From the NCBI GenBank assembly GCA_041686025.1, contig JAWLEP010000011.1, positions 1-42,611 of the forward strand: a stretch of 42,611 nt of DNA, written 5' to 3'. A model generated the notes under the pieces. It was not told where the DNA came from and ran no database searches. It saw only the letters and a list, made by a program, of their open reading frames with translations. Positions 1 through 9,212 of the stretch are shown piece after piece; position 1 is the first letter of the stretch; each line of letters begins with the position of its first letter. The DNA is from Candidatus Fermentibacteraceae bacterium (GTDB lineage: Bacteria; Fermentibacterota; Fermentibacteria; Fermentibacterales; JCC-6). The position numbers and the translations under genes are program-made.

Positions 1-87
1 GGGGCCGGTATACGGCTCAAACCCCGTTTGAGGCTGTAGATGGGGAGGGTTGTCCCCGAGCCGGTAAGCTTTTATTTAGATTCCGTT

Positions 88-1509
88 ATGAAGATACTCC
101 TGGTAATCCACGACCTGATCACGATACCCCTGGGAATCTCCTACATCTCCGCCGTCGCCCGCCGGGAGGGCCACGAGGTGGAGGTGGCCTCGCTGTCCGA
201 AGAGGACATCTCCCGGGCGGTTAGGAAGTTCGAGCCCGACATGGTGGCCTTCGGAGCCACCAGCGGCTTCCACAAGACCTACCTGGACGCCATGGCCTCC
301 GTCCGCGGGATCACCGACGCCGCCATCGTCATGGGCGGGGCCCACGCCACCTTCTTCCCGGAGGTGGTGCTGGAGAGCCCCCAGCTGGACTTCTGCTTCC
401 GGGGGGAGTCCGAGGAGGCCTTCCTGCAGCTGCTGGAGCACCTCGAGGGCGGCAGGCCCATCGACGAGGTGGGCAACCTGGTGCGGAGGATCGACGGCAG
501 GATGGCGTCCAACCCGCTTCTGCCGCTGGAGCCGGACCTGGACTCCATCCCCTTCCCCGACCGCAGCTTCTACGCCCGCTACGACATGGCCAACCGCCGG
601 GCCGTGTTCGTGATAACCGGCCGCGGCTGCCCGTACGGATGCACCTACTGCTTCAACCACGCCTTCAAGAAGCTCTACTCCGGCCTGGGTCCGGTATGCC
701 GGAAGCGGAGCGTGGGCAACGTACTGGAGGAGATCCGCCAGGTCCGGGAAGCGATGCCCTCTCTTTCCATGATCGTCTTCCAGGACGACATATTCATACT
801 GGACAGGGACTGGACCATGGACTTCTGCCGCCGCTACCCCCGGGAGGTGGGGCTGCCCTTCCACTGCCACCTGAGGGCCAACCTGGTGGACGAAGAGGTG
901 GCCCGGGCCCTGAAGCGTGCCGGCTGCCACAGCATAAAGATGGCCATAGAGAGCGCCTCGCCCCGCCTGCGCAACGGGCTCCTGGGCAGGAACATGAGCA
1001 ACGACACCGTCCGGCGGGCATTCAGGGCGGTGAAGGACGCCGGCATCGTCATCGTCAGCCAGAACATACTGGCCCTGCCCACCGGCACCTTCGATGACGA
1101 CCTGGACACGCTGCGGATGAACTGCCGCCTGGGGCCGGACTTCGCCTTCGCCACCCTCCTTCAGCCCTACCCCCGGACGGAGATAGGGGCCTTCTGCCGC
1201 GACAGGGGGCTGCTGCAGAACGGCACCGGCGAATCGCTGCCCGACTCCTTCTTCGACGGCACCGTCCTGGACATCCCCGACAGGGATCGCAGGGAGAGGC
1301 TGAGAAAGCTCTTCGCCCTTAGCATAGAGTTCCCCTTCCTGCGGGGCAGGGTCAAGCGGCTGACGGAGCTGCCCCTGGACGGACTCTACGACCTCCTGGA
1401 CAGGGTCTGGAAGGGCTACTGCATCAAGCAGAGGGAGTTCCCCTACTCCATGCCGCTGCGGGAGTACGTCCGCAGCGCCCTGGACTACCTGCGTACCCGC
1501 TACTACTGA
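88..1509 (+). CDS. B12-binding domain radical SAM protein
   Basis: N-terminal cobalamin-binding-type region (PLGISYISAV...GGAHATFFPE) and CxxxCxxC motif (GRGCPYGCTYC). Start placed at ATG 88 (MKILLV), a typical family N-terminus; the ORF track starts at 40. Confidence 0.85.
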   Translation: MKILLVIHDLITIPLGISYISAVARREGHEVEVASLSEEDISRAVRKFEPDMVAFGATSGFHKTYLDAMASVRGITDAAIVMGGAHATFFPEVVLESPQLDFCFRGESEEAFLQLLEHLEGGRPIDEVGNLVRRIDGRMASNPLLPLEPDLDSIPFPDRSFYARYDMANRRAVFVITGRGCPYGCTYCFNHAFKKLYSGLGPVCRKRSVGNVLEEIRQVREAMPSLSMIVFQDDIFILDRDWTMDFCRRYPREVGLPFHCHLRANLVDEEVARALKRAGCHSIKMAIESASPRLRNGLLGRNMSNDTVRRAFRAVKDAGIVIVSQNILALPTGTFDDDLDTLRMNCRLGPDFAFATLLQPYPRTEIGAFCRDRGLLQNGTGESLPDSFFDGTVLDIPDRDRRERLRKLFALSIEFPFLRGRVKRLTELPLDGLYDLLDRVWKGYCIKQREFPYSMPLREYVRSALDYLRTRYY

Positions 1510-1535
1510 CCCGACGCCGCGAAGGAGGCTCTTCC

Positions 1536-2294
1536 ATGGGTGAGTGGTTCGAGAACGAGGACCTGTGGAGGGACCTCTACCCCTACCTCTTTCCCCCGGA
1601 GCGCTTCGAGGCTGCCGGGGAGGAGGTCACGGCGCTGCTGGAGCTTGCCGGCTTCGCGGGGAAGAGGGTGCTGGACCTCTGCTGCGGCCCCGGCCGCCAC
1701 TCGGTGGAGCTGGCCCGGCGGGGTTACGAGGTCACCGGGGTGGACCGCTCCCCCTACCTGCTGGAGAGGGCCGGGGACCGGGCGGCGGAGATGGGCGCGG
1801 AGGCGGAGTGGGTGCTGGACGACATGCGAAGCTTCCGCAGGCCGGCCGCCTTCGGGCTGGCCATCAACCTCTACACCTCCTTCGGGTACACGTCCTCCGA
1901 GGCCGACGACATGAGGGTGCTGCGGAACGTCCGGGAGAGCCTGGAGCCGGGGGGCAGCCTGGTGATGGAGCTGATGGGCAAGGAGGTGCTGGCCTCCATC
2001 TTCTCGCGGGTGGGGGTTGCCGAGCCGGAGGACGGCAGCAGGCTGTTCATGGTCCGGGACGTCGAAGACGACTGGAGCGTGGTCTCCAACCTGTGGATAC
2101 TGGTCGGGGACGGCAGGGCCAGAGAGTACTCCTTCAGCCACCGGATATACTCCGCCCGGGAGCTGCGGGGCATGCTGGAGGGGGCCGGCTTCCGCGGCGT
2201 CAGGCTCTACGGGGGCCTTGACGGATCCGACTACGACACCGGGGCCTCCCGCCTGGTGGCGGTGGCCTCGGCTCCGGAGGAGGCCTCCGGCTAG
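1536..2294 (+). CDS. Class I SAM-dependent methyltransferase
   Basis: Motif I VLDLCCGPGRH, VTGVDRS, DMR and LYTSFGY; SD AAGGAGG upstream of ATG. Confidence 0.9.
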   Translation: MGEWFENEDLWRDLYPYLFPPERFEAAGEEVTALLELAGFAGKRVLDLCCGPGRHSVELARRGYEVTGVDRSPYLLERAGDRAAEMGAEAEWVLDDMRSFRRPAAFGLAINLYTSFGYTSSEADDMRVLRNVRESLEPGGSLVMELMGKEVLASIFSRVGVAEPEDGSRLFMVRDVEDDWSVVSNLWILVGDGRAREYSFSHRIYSARELRGMLEGAGFRGVRLYGGLDGSDYDTGASRLVAVASAPEEASG

Positions 2295-3730
2295 GGGGCG
2301 AGCAGCGCAGCCCGGCGGCAGACCGACCGGCCCGACGCAGTCAGCCTCAGCAGGTATACGCCGGCTGGGAGCCGCCTTCCCCTGGCGTCAGAGGAGATCG
2401 ACAGTGTCTCCCGTCCGGATACCAGCCCGGCCGCCATGAGCCTGCCCGATCCGTCGTACACCTCCAGACGCCCCTGCCCGTCTCCCGCATCGACGTCCAG
2501 CACCATAGTCCCTCCGGCCCGGACCGGGTTGGCCGCGACCTCCAGAGAGAGTGACCCGGACGCTGCCGCATTCGTACCGTTGGTGGCCGAGGGAGGAATC
2601 TGGCCCAGGGAGTCCACCCGAAGGGCCAGCAGCTGGCCGTTTCCCTCCAGAGTAGAGCTGCCGGTCAGGGCGAACCCCCCGTCCTCGCAGGAGAGTACGG
2701 ACCAGAGGTAGTCGGTCCCCCCGCTGCCGTGGACCTCCGACCAGCACAGGGAGCCGTCCTGGTAGGTCCTCACCATCCATCCGTCCCCGAGGTCGGACTC
2801 CCCGCCGAGGTAGCTCCTGGTGTAGCCGCAGAGCAGGAAGCCGTCATCCAGGGCCAGCAGGTCGTGGCAGCGCTCCCACTCGCCTCCGCCGTAGCAGGCG
2901 GCGGTGAGCGAGTCGCCGTCCGGGTCGGTCTGCAGAAGCCAGAAATCGCCGTCGCCGGAGCCGCAAGAGGTGGTATACCCGCCCAGGGCAAACCCCTGGG
3001 CGGTGAGAGCCAGGCCGTAGCAGACCTCCCATCCGGGGCCGCCGTAGGAGCTGTCCCACAGCATCTGGCCGTCGTAGTCCATGAACGCCAGCCACATGTC
3101 CGAGTCACCGCCCCCGGGGCAGTCCAGTCCGGCCCCCACCAGACCGTCTCCCGCGTCCTCCAGGTCGTAGAAGAGGCGCAGAGGGCCGCTCCCGCTGGTG
3201 ACGGTCCACAATGTGTCCCCGCAGCTGTCGAACCGCAGCAGCCAGGCGTACCCCGTCGACCCGCTCACCGATCTGCTGCCGGCAACCAGGACGCCTCCGT
3301 CCGGATGCTCGATCACCGAGTAGCCGGCATCGTCGCCGGGGCTTTCGATGACCGTGCGCCAGAGGGTGTCCAGGCTGGGGTCGAGCCCGGCCGCCCAGAG
3401 GTCGTAGCCGCCGGAGGCGTCTGCGGCGGAACCCGTCAGGGCGTAGGAGCCGTCCTGCAGGCTGCAGATGTCCAGGCAGTACTCGTCCAGGTCCGGGGCG
3501 CCGTAGAGACGGGAGTCCACGGAGTCCCCGGCCACGTCGAGCTGGAGAACCCAGGCCTGCAGGTCTCCGGCGGGACCCGCCTCGGCGTGGCCCGCCATCA
3601 GGTACCCGTCATCCAGAGCCAGGAGGCTGCGGCCCCCGTCGTCGCCTTCCCCGCCCCACAGCTCCATGAAGCAGGGGAGGGCGGCCGCGGTCCAGCATAT
3701 GAGCACCAGCACAGTGATGGAACTCCGCAT
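2291..3730 (-). CDS. Secreted repeat (beta-propeller-like) protein with T9SS-type C-terminal sorting domain
   Basis: Signal peptide MRSSITVLVLICWTAAA; about 7 repeats of W..(Y)GG..D/E...DGGF.L.G; CTD (ANPVR...LEVYDGSGRL...LPAGVYLLRL). Start at ATG 3730 with GGAG upstream; the longer ORF extension is antisense-like junk. Confidence 0.8.
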   Translation of the reverse strand: MRSSITVLVLICWTAAALPCFMELWGGEGDDGGRSLLALDDGYLMAGHAEAGPAGDLQAWVLQLDVAGDSVDSRLYGAPDLDEYCLDICSLQDGSYALTGSAADASGGYDLWAAGLDPSLDTLWRTVIESPGDDAGYSVIEHPDGGVLVAGSRSVSGSTGYAWLLRFDSCGDTLWTVTSGSGPLRLFYDLEDAGDGLVGAGLDCPGGGDSDMWLAFMDYDGQMLWDSSYGGPGWEVCYGLALTAQGFALGGYTTSCGSGDGDFWLLQTDPDGDSLTAACYGGGEWERCHDLLALDDGFLLCGYTRSYLGGESDLGDGWMVRTYQDGSLCWSEVHGSGGTDYLWSVLSCEDGGFALTGSSTLEGNGQLLALRVDSLGQIPPSATNGTNAAASGSLSLEVAANPVRAGGTMVLDVDAGDGQGRLEVYDGSGRLMAAGLVSGRETLSISSDARGRRLPAGVYLLRLTASGRSVCRRAALLAP

Positions 3731-3888
3731 CTCCGTCTCCTGCCTTTCCCGTATCCTCGTGGGTCTGACATCGCTTCGGGCCGGTGGGTTCGGGCGAGCG
3801 CGATGACTGCCGGAACTGCCGGGGCCGAAGCTGCCCCCGGAGCGCACCTCCGTGGGCTTCTCAGCTGCCGCCTGTCTTTGCTGACATG

Positions 3889-3917
3889 GAAATAGCACCG
3901 GAGTGAACCCAGGTAAA
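3889..3917 (-). promoter_or_regulatory. Putative sigma70 promoter for the 2291-3730 gene
   Basis: Minus strand TTTACC-N17-TATTTC with an extended -10 TG, in the 200-bp intergenic gap. Confidence 0.3.
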
Positions 3918-3930
3918 GGCCGGGGCGGAC

Positions 3931-5316
3931 TCAGAGGACCTCGGCCACCGCCTGCAGGTAGACCCGGCCCCTGTCCAGGGCCTCCCCGACGGGAAATCCC
4001 AGGGCCGCCTCCACCCGGAAGACGCCGCTGCGGCCCCGGAAGCCCAGCCCCAGGGAGGCCGGCCACCTCCAGCCCTGCTCGGTCTCCACGGCTCCCAGGT
4101 CGGAGAAGACGAAGAACCTGGTCTCCGTCTCCCCCAGGGAGACCTCGGGCCCGGCCACGGCGTACCGGCCGGCCCGGAAGCTGCCCTCGGCGTAGCCGCG
4201 GAGGTCTTCGGAGCCCCCCATGCGCCTCAGCCGGCCGGAGAGCCACTCCCCCTCCAGGACACCGCCGGCCAGGGCCCTGCCCCCCAGGCCCAGCCAGCCC
4301 AGGTAGACGTCGCCGCGGGCGGTGAGCTCGGCGGAGGCGTAGGTCTCCTCTCCGGTGGTGTCCGAGGAGACTGCGCGGCCCATGTCCGCCTCCACGTCCA
4401 GGGCCAGCCCCTGCCAGCCCTGTGCCACCCTGCGTCCGGGCCGGGCGGAGAGGCCCACCAGGCCGTAGCTGTAGCGCTGGTCGGGGGCGTTGGGCGGGTA
4501 GCCCCTCCACTGGCCGGCACCGGCGGAGACGTCCAGGGCCCCCACCCTCCATATCAGCAGCAGCTCCCCCTCCCTGTTCACCCAGGAGCTCTCCGGCACC
4601 GACTGGGCCAGCCTGATCTCCGCCGAAAGGGGCGTTCCGGCTATCCAGGGCTCGCGGAAGCGTATGTAGGCGTCCACGCCCCCCCAGTCCACCCGGCGGG
4701 CGGTTATCTCCAGCTCCCTGCCGGTGCCCAGCAGGCTGCGGGTGAGTATCTCCACCCCGCCCTCCACGTCGTCGGCCCCTCCGCTGCCGGTGTAGCCCAG
4801 GTCGGCGGCGAAGTGGCCGGTGGGGGCCTCGATGACGGTCTGGACCAGGACCAGGTCTCCCCCGGGCCCCAGGGCCAGCCTGGTGGGCCCCACCGAGCTC
4901 ACCAGCCGGGAGCGGGCCAGCATGTCCAGCCAGCGCCGGACCTCCTCGGGGTCGTAGGGCTCCCCGGGCCGAAGCTCCAGCAGCCGCAGGAACAGCTCCG
5001 GCCGATTCTTCTCCAGGCCCTCCATCCGCACCTCCTCCAGCCGGGCCCTGCGGCCGGGGACGGCCCGCACCTGCAGCGTGTCCGGGGCCGTCATCAGGCA
5101 GCCCAGTCCGGCGAACGGGTAGCCCCTCCGCAGGTACCAGGCCAGCACCGTGTCCTGAAGGGCCGCCAGCGAGGAGTCGGAGAGCTGCACGGAGGCGAAG
5201 CCCAGCCCGCCGGGCTCGGGCAGCGGCGGGCTGCCGGTGATCCTCACCGCGGCGCCGGACGGGGCGGCATCGGTGGAGAGGGACAGCGACAGCAGCAGGG
5301 CCAGGACGGCGGACAT
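3931..5316 (-). CDS. Omp85 (BamA/TamA-family) outer membrane protein with POTRA domain(s)
   Basis: Signal peptide MSAVLALLLSLSLS; POTRA-like segments (YLRRGYPFA; VRMEGLEKNRPELFLRLLELRPGEPYD); NL(L/F)GTGR-like SLLGTGRELEI; loop-6 motif GGSEDLRGY; GLGFR strands. ATG overlaps the upstream stop (TGATG at 5314-5318). Confidence 0.8.
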   Translation of the reverse strand: MSAVLALLLSLSLSTDAAPSGAAVRITGSPPLPEPGGLGFASVQLSDSSLAALQDTVLAWYLRRGYPFAGLGCLMTAPDTLQVRAVPGRRARLEEVRMEGLEKNRPELFLRLLELRPGEPYDPEEVRRWLDMLARSRLVSSVGPTRLALGPGGDLVLVQTVIEAPTGHFAADLGYTGSGGADDVEGGVEILTRSLLGTGRELEITARRVDWGGVDAYIRFREPWIAGTPLSAEIRLAQSVPESSWVNREGELLLIWRVGALDVSAGAGQWRGYPPNAPDQRYSYGLVGLSARPGRRVAQGWQGLALDVEADMGRAVSSDTTGEETYASAELTARGDVYLGWLGLGGRALAGGVLEGEWLSGRLRRMGGSEDLRGYAEGSFRAGRYAVAGPEVSLGETETRFFVFSDLGAVETEQGWRWPASLGLGFRGRSGVFRVEAALGFPVGEALDRGRVYLQAVAEVL

Positions 5317-8300
5317 CAGAAGCTCACCGTGCCTTCCAGCCCCGCCCTCTGGCTCAGCTCGGCCCCCGCAGGCCGGCGGGCCCAGTAGGTGAGGAAGATG
5401 TCCAGGCCGCCGGAGAGGCGGCGGCCCACCCGCAGGCTGGCCGAGAGGCCGGTTCCCCGGTTGGAGCCGTCGAAGAACCAGGGCGGCAGCTCCCCCTCGC
5501 CGGGGATGACCCACGCCTCCAGCCTGCCGCTTCCGGTGTAGCCCCCGCCGGAGAGGGAGAAGTGGGGGGCGGCGCCCAGCGACCAGGCGGTGAGGACCGA
5601 TATCTCCTCCGCCCTCCTCTCCACGGACAGCTCCAGGCCGGGCTCTATCCAGCCCGGGAAGGTAAGGACGGGGTCCACCGCCCCCCTCAGCCCCAGCACG
5701 CGCCTGGGCTGGTAGAGCTCCTGGCGGGTGCGCCAGGCCTCCGCGGTGAGGTCGGCGTACCAGGCCTCCCCCGGCTCCAGGCGGGGCTGCGCCCTGCCCC
5801 GGAGCTCCGTCTCCAGCCTCCTGCCGGTGCCGCTGTAGCTCTCGGTGGACCGCAGGGCCTTGCCGTAGAGGGAGACCCGGCTCACCGGACCCTCCATGCG
5901 CCACCAGGGGGAGAGGGTGAGGCTGTAGCCACCGTCGCGGTCGTCGCTGAAGGCTCCGGCCAGAAGCAGAGGCGAGAGGCCCCCCTCCTCGCCGCTGGAC
6001 TCCAGCCGGAGGCTCCCGTCCACTCCCCATCCGGGGAGGCTGCGGCTGACGGAGAGGTCGAGGTCGGCCTCGGTGACCACCTCACCCTCGCCGCCGGGCT
6101 GGTAGTACCTCTCGTAGTCGCCGTCGGGGTCGGGGTAGTACTCCCCGGTGTCCGGGTCGTAGCTGTAGTCCCCCTGTCCCTCCCCCACGTACCGGTAGCG
6201 CACCTCCAGGGAGCGGCTGACCACGTTGGAGCCGTCGTAGAGGGCCTGGACGAAGGCACCGGAGGGGGAGCCGGTGAGGTTGAGGCTGATGGTGTTGGCC
6301 CGGGAGGAGCCCTGCCCGGGGTAGAGGCTCAGGGAGTGCTCCAGGTGGGACTGCAGCCGCCAGGGGCCCAGGCGGTTGCTTCCGTCGGCGGCGGCCCTGT
6401 ACCTGCGGTCGGGCCGGGGAAGGCCGCCCACCCGGAGGTCGCGCTCCATCTCCAGGGACAGCCCGCCTCGCTGCCCCCCCCTCTCCAGCAGCAGCCCCAC
6501 GTTCCCCGAGATCCTGTCCCCGGAGAGGCTGTCGGCCCAGCTCTCGCTGGAAACCCCCGCCCCCACGCTGGGGGTAAGCGGGCCCATGTCCAGCCGGGCG
6601 TCGGCGGAGACACCCGTCCGGCTGCCGGGGGCCAGGGAGTCGGTGTCGGTCCTGCGCAGCGAGCTTCCCGCAAGCTCCACCCTCGCCTCGCCGGTGAGGG
6701 GGACCAGACGGGAGCGGAGCCGGGAGGTCTCTCCTCCCTGGGCCAGCTGACGGATGGCGGCGGCCAGCAGGGCCCTCTCCCCCCCGGCCCAGGCCTCGCC
6801 CCAGCTGTCTCGGCCCCCGTAGCCGGGAGGAAGCGCCCAGGCGGCCAGGCTGGAGTCGGACTCCAGGACACCGGCCGGGGCGAAGCCCTCCGAGACCAGC
6901 ATGCCCCGCAGCCCGGCGCGCAGCCCGCCCCCGGCCGCCAGGGACCCCCGGCCCTTGACCGAAGAGCCGCGGCCGGTGGTGGCGTCGGGGTTGAAGAGGT
7001 TGCCCGTCCGCTCGGAGACGGCGGCCTCCAGCTCCACGCGGGGGCCGTCGCCGGCGTCGGGCAGGCTCAGGGACAGCCCGCCCAGCTGAAGGCTCGCAGG
7101 CAGCTGGAGGTAGCGGCGGGGAAGGTGGGTGCCCTCCCCCTCTCCCACCCACAGGAAGCCGCCCAGGGAGGAATCGTAGACGTAGTCGCCCGGCCCCTCC
7201 GGCGGTCGGGAGAAGAATACGTCCCAGCTGCCCCCGTCGGGGCCCTGGTACACGTAGTGGCCCAGGCTGTCGAGGCTGTAGTCGCCCTCCCCCTCCCCCA
7301 CCTCCTCGGCGCCGTCTATCCAGGCGGAGTCCGGGTCCTCCCCCACCGACTGCAGCCTCCCTACCGCCTCGTCGGAGAGGATGAAGCCCAGGGGGTCGCT
7401 CCGGGCGTCGGCGTCCCGCAGGCCCGACAGCTCCATCCTCAGCCCGCCCAGGTCCAGCTCGGCCCCGGCCCGGGCCAGGCTGCTGCGGAACCCGTCGCCG
7501 CGCCCGTAGTAGGTGACCTCCACCCTCTGGTCCTCCCGGACCATCCGGCGGGAGCCGAAGGTGATCAGGCCGGCGGCGTAGTCAACCGTGTAGTCCGCCG
7601 TTATCCCCCGCTGCAGACGGGCACCGTCCAGCAGCACCGTCTCGCTGCCGGGCACCACGTCCACCCCCCCGGAGAAATCGTAGGGCCCCTGCAGGCCCTC
7701 CTCCGTGAAGAAGACGGCCCTGCGCAGCGACTGCCCGGAGGTGCCCCAGCCCCCGGAGGCCGACCAGGCCTCACCGGAGACCCTGCCGTCCAGACCGCTG
7801 GCCTCGCGCCTCCAGCTGAGGGGACCGGGGACGGTGGGCTCCCGAGACCACTCCAGGTCCCCCAGGCGGGCCCGCCAGCGGGGGCCGGTCACCGTGAAGA
7901 GCACCCGGTCCAGCTCGCTGACCAGCTCCGAGGAGCCGGCGCCGATGGGGAGGTTCTCGTCGGTCACCGTTCCGCTGACCTCTATGTCCCGGGCTATCAT
8001 GCCGTCCACCGAGATCCTGGTGGCCTGGGTGACCCCTCCCCCCTGGCCCACCGACACCCCCAGCCTCTTGGCCCCGGAGATGTAGAGGCCCTGGCCGCCG
8101 GGGGGCTGGGGGGGCGGACGGCCTCCGGCGGGGGCTGCGGACAGCCTGTCCATGGTCTCCAGGTCCAGTCCGCGCCGGTGGGGTAGGTCCAGCCCCAGGG
8201 TGTCCAGCACCGCGGTCACCGTGTCCCCCGCCGGCGGAGGCGGGTCCAGCCGCAGGCCGATCCTGCTGCCGTTGAAGCCGAGAGAGGCGGATGTGGTATC

Positions 8301-8429
8301 GCCGTCCCATATCACCGAGGCGGGGCCGGGAGCGGGCCAGACCGAGTCGGGAAGGGCGAAGAAGCCGGAGCCGTCGCTGGGGAGCTCCACCGAAAGCGAG
8401 GAGACCGCCGCCAGCAGCAGGGGGATCAT
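5316..8429 (-). CDS. Large (~1037 aa) putative outer-membrane beta-barrel protein with SprA-like segment
   Basis: Signal-like MIPLLLAAVSS; segment GSETVLLDGARLQRG...DYTVDYAAGLITF; extensive alternating amphipathic strands; C-terminal beta-signal LEGTVSF. ATGA overlap with the upstream gene at 8426-8429. Confidence 0.7.
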   Translation of the reverse strand: MIPLLLAAVSSLSVELPSDGSGFFALPDSVWPAPGPASVIWDGDTTSASLGFNGSRIGLRLDPPPPAGDTVTAVLDTLGLDLPHRRGLDLETMDRLSAAPAGGRPPPQPPGGQGLYISGAKRLGVSVGQGGGVTQATRISVDGMIARDIEVSGTVTDENLPIGAGSSELVSELDRVLFTVTGPRWRARLGDLEWSREPTVPGPLSWRREASGLDGRVSGEAWSASGGWGTSGQSLRRAVFFTEEGLQGPYDFSGGVDVVPGSETVLLDGARLQRGITADYTVDYAAGLITFGSRRMVREDQRVEVTYYGRGDGFRSSLARAGAELDLGGLRMELSGLRDADARSDPLGFILSDEAVGRLQSVGEDPDSAWIDGAEEVGEGEGDYSLDSLGHYVYQGPDGGSWDVFFSRPPEGPGDYVYDSSLGGFLWVGEGEGTHLPRRYLQLPASLQLGGLSLSLPDAGDGPRVELEAAVSERTGNLFNPDATTGRGSSVKGRGSLAAGGGLRAGLRGMLVSEGFAPAGVLESDSSLAAWALPPGYGGRDSWGEAWAGGERALLAAAIRQLAQGGETSRLRSRLVPLTGEARVELAGSSLRRTDTDSLAPGSRTGVSADARLDMGPLTPSVGAGVSSESWADSLSGDRISGNVGLLLERGGQRGGLSLEMERDLRVGGLPRPDRRYRAAADGSNRLGPWRLQSHLEHSLSLYPGQGSSRANTISLNLTGSPSGAFVQALYDGSNVVSRSLEVRYRYVGEGQGDYSYDPDTGEYYPDPDGDYERYYQPGGEGEVVTEADLDLSVSRSLPGWGVDGSLRLESSGEEGGLSPLLLAGAFSDDRDGGYSLTLSPWWRMEGPVSRVSLYGKALRSTESYSGTGRRLETELRGRAQPRLEPGEAWYADLTAEAWRTRQELYQPRRVLGLRGAVDPVLTFPGWIEPGLELSVERRAEEISVLTAWSLGAAPHFSLSGGGYTGSGRLEAWVIPGEGELPPWFFDGSNRGTGLSASLRVGRRLSGGLDIFLTYWARRPAGAELSQRAGLEGTVSF

Positions 8430-9172
8430 CTGGCCAGCAGCGCAGTCCCGGAGGACGGGGACCAGAGCAGCAGCCAGCCGCCGGAAGAGCCCGAGGCCCG
8501 GGACACCGGGGCGGGCAGGGCCAGGGTGTCCGACGGGAGCCTGATGGCGGTCACCGAGTCCAGGAGGACCACGGGGACGCCCTCCAGCATGGCGGCGTCC
8601 AGGCACCGGCCCGCCAGAAGCTCCGGCGGGTCGCCCGGCCGCAGCCTCCAGGCGAACCCCGACGCGGCGGTGCCGGCAAGGGACCCTCCGGAGAGGCTCA
8701 TCACGCAGTCCCCCGGGGGGCGGAAGACCACCCTGCCCCCAGCTCCGGCGGACCTGACCAGGCACTCCTCGCGGGAGAAGTACCAGACCTCCAGGCCCAC
8801 CATGGCCAGGTCTCCGGGTGAGCCGGGAGCGTCCATCACCGAGAGCAGGGCGCCGCGGGGGCCGTAGCGGCGCACCAGGCCGGCGCTGCGGTCGGAGACC
8901 AGGATCTGGCCGCCCTCCAGAACGCAAAGCCCGCCCGGCATCTCCGTCTCCGCCAGGTCCAGCTCCACCGAAGAGCCCTCCTCCAGCCTCACCACCCGGG
9001 GAAAGCCCCGGTAGAGAAGCACCACGGTTCCCCCGCCGTCAACTCCGGCGTCCAGGAGCTGTCCGTGGTCGGGGATGTCCACTGTGGTGAATCGGAGGGC
9101 GTCCGCGGGAAGGACCGCCAGGAGAAGGGCCGCCGGCAGAGCTCTCAGAACCGCGCTGGCTCCGCCTCTCAT
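8426..9172 (-). CDS. Exported hypothetical protein, NHL/beta-propeller-like
   Basis: Signal peptide; NHL-like PGGLCVLEGGQILVSDRSAGLVRRY; SD GGAGG; in-operon position. Confidence 0.6.
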   Translation of the reverse strand: MRGGASAVLRALPAALLLAVLPADALRFTTVDIPDHGQLLDAGVDGGGTVVLLYRGFPRVVRLEEGSSVELDLAETEMPGGLCVLEGGQILVSDRSAGLVRRYGPRGALLSVMDAPGSPGDLAMVGLEVWYFSREECLVRSAGAGGRVVFRPPGDCVMSLSGGSLAGTAASGFAWRLRPGDPPELLAGRCLDAAMLEGVPVVLLDSVTAIRLPSDTLALPAPVSRASGSSGGWLLLWSPSSGTALLAR

Positions 9173-9212
9173 CTGCCCTCCCGTGCTGGGCGGCGGCGCG
9201 GAGGAAAGGGGG

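Noticed and set aside
3731..4552. N-terminal extensions in the ORF track (also 5317-6030, 8430-8927, 10881-11432, 28447-28830, 30219-30719)
   Set aside because: They overlap upstream genes in another frame and are Arg/Pro/Gly-rich junk; internal starts with signal peptides or stop-start overlaps fit better. No evidence for fusions or frameshifts.
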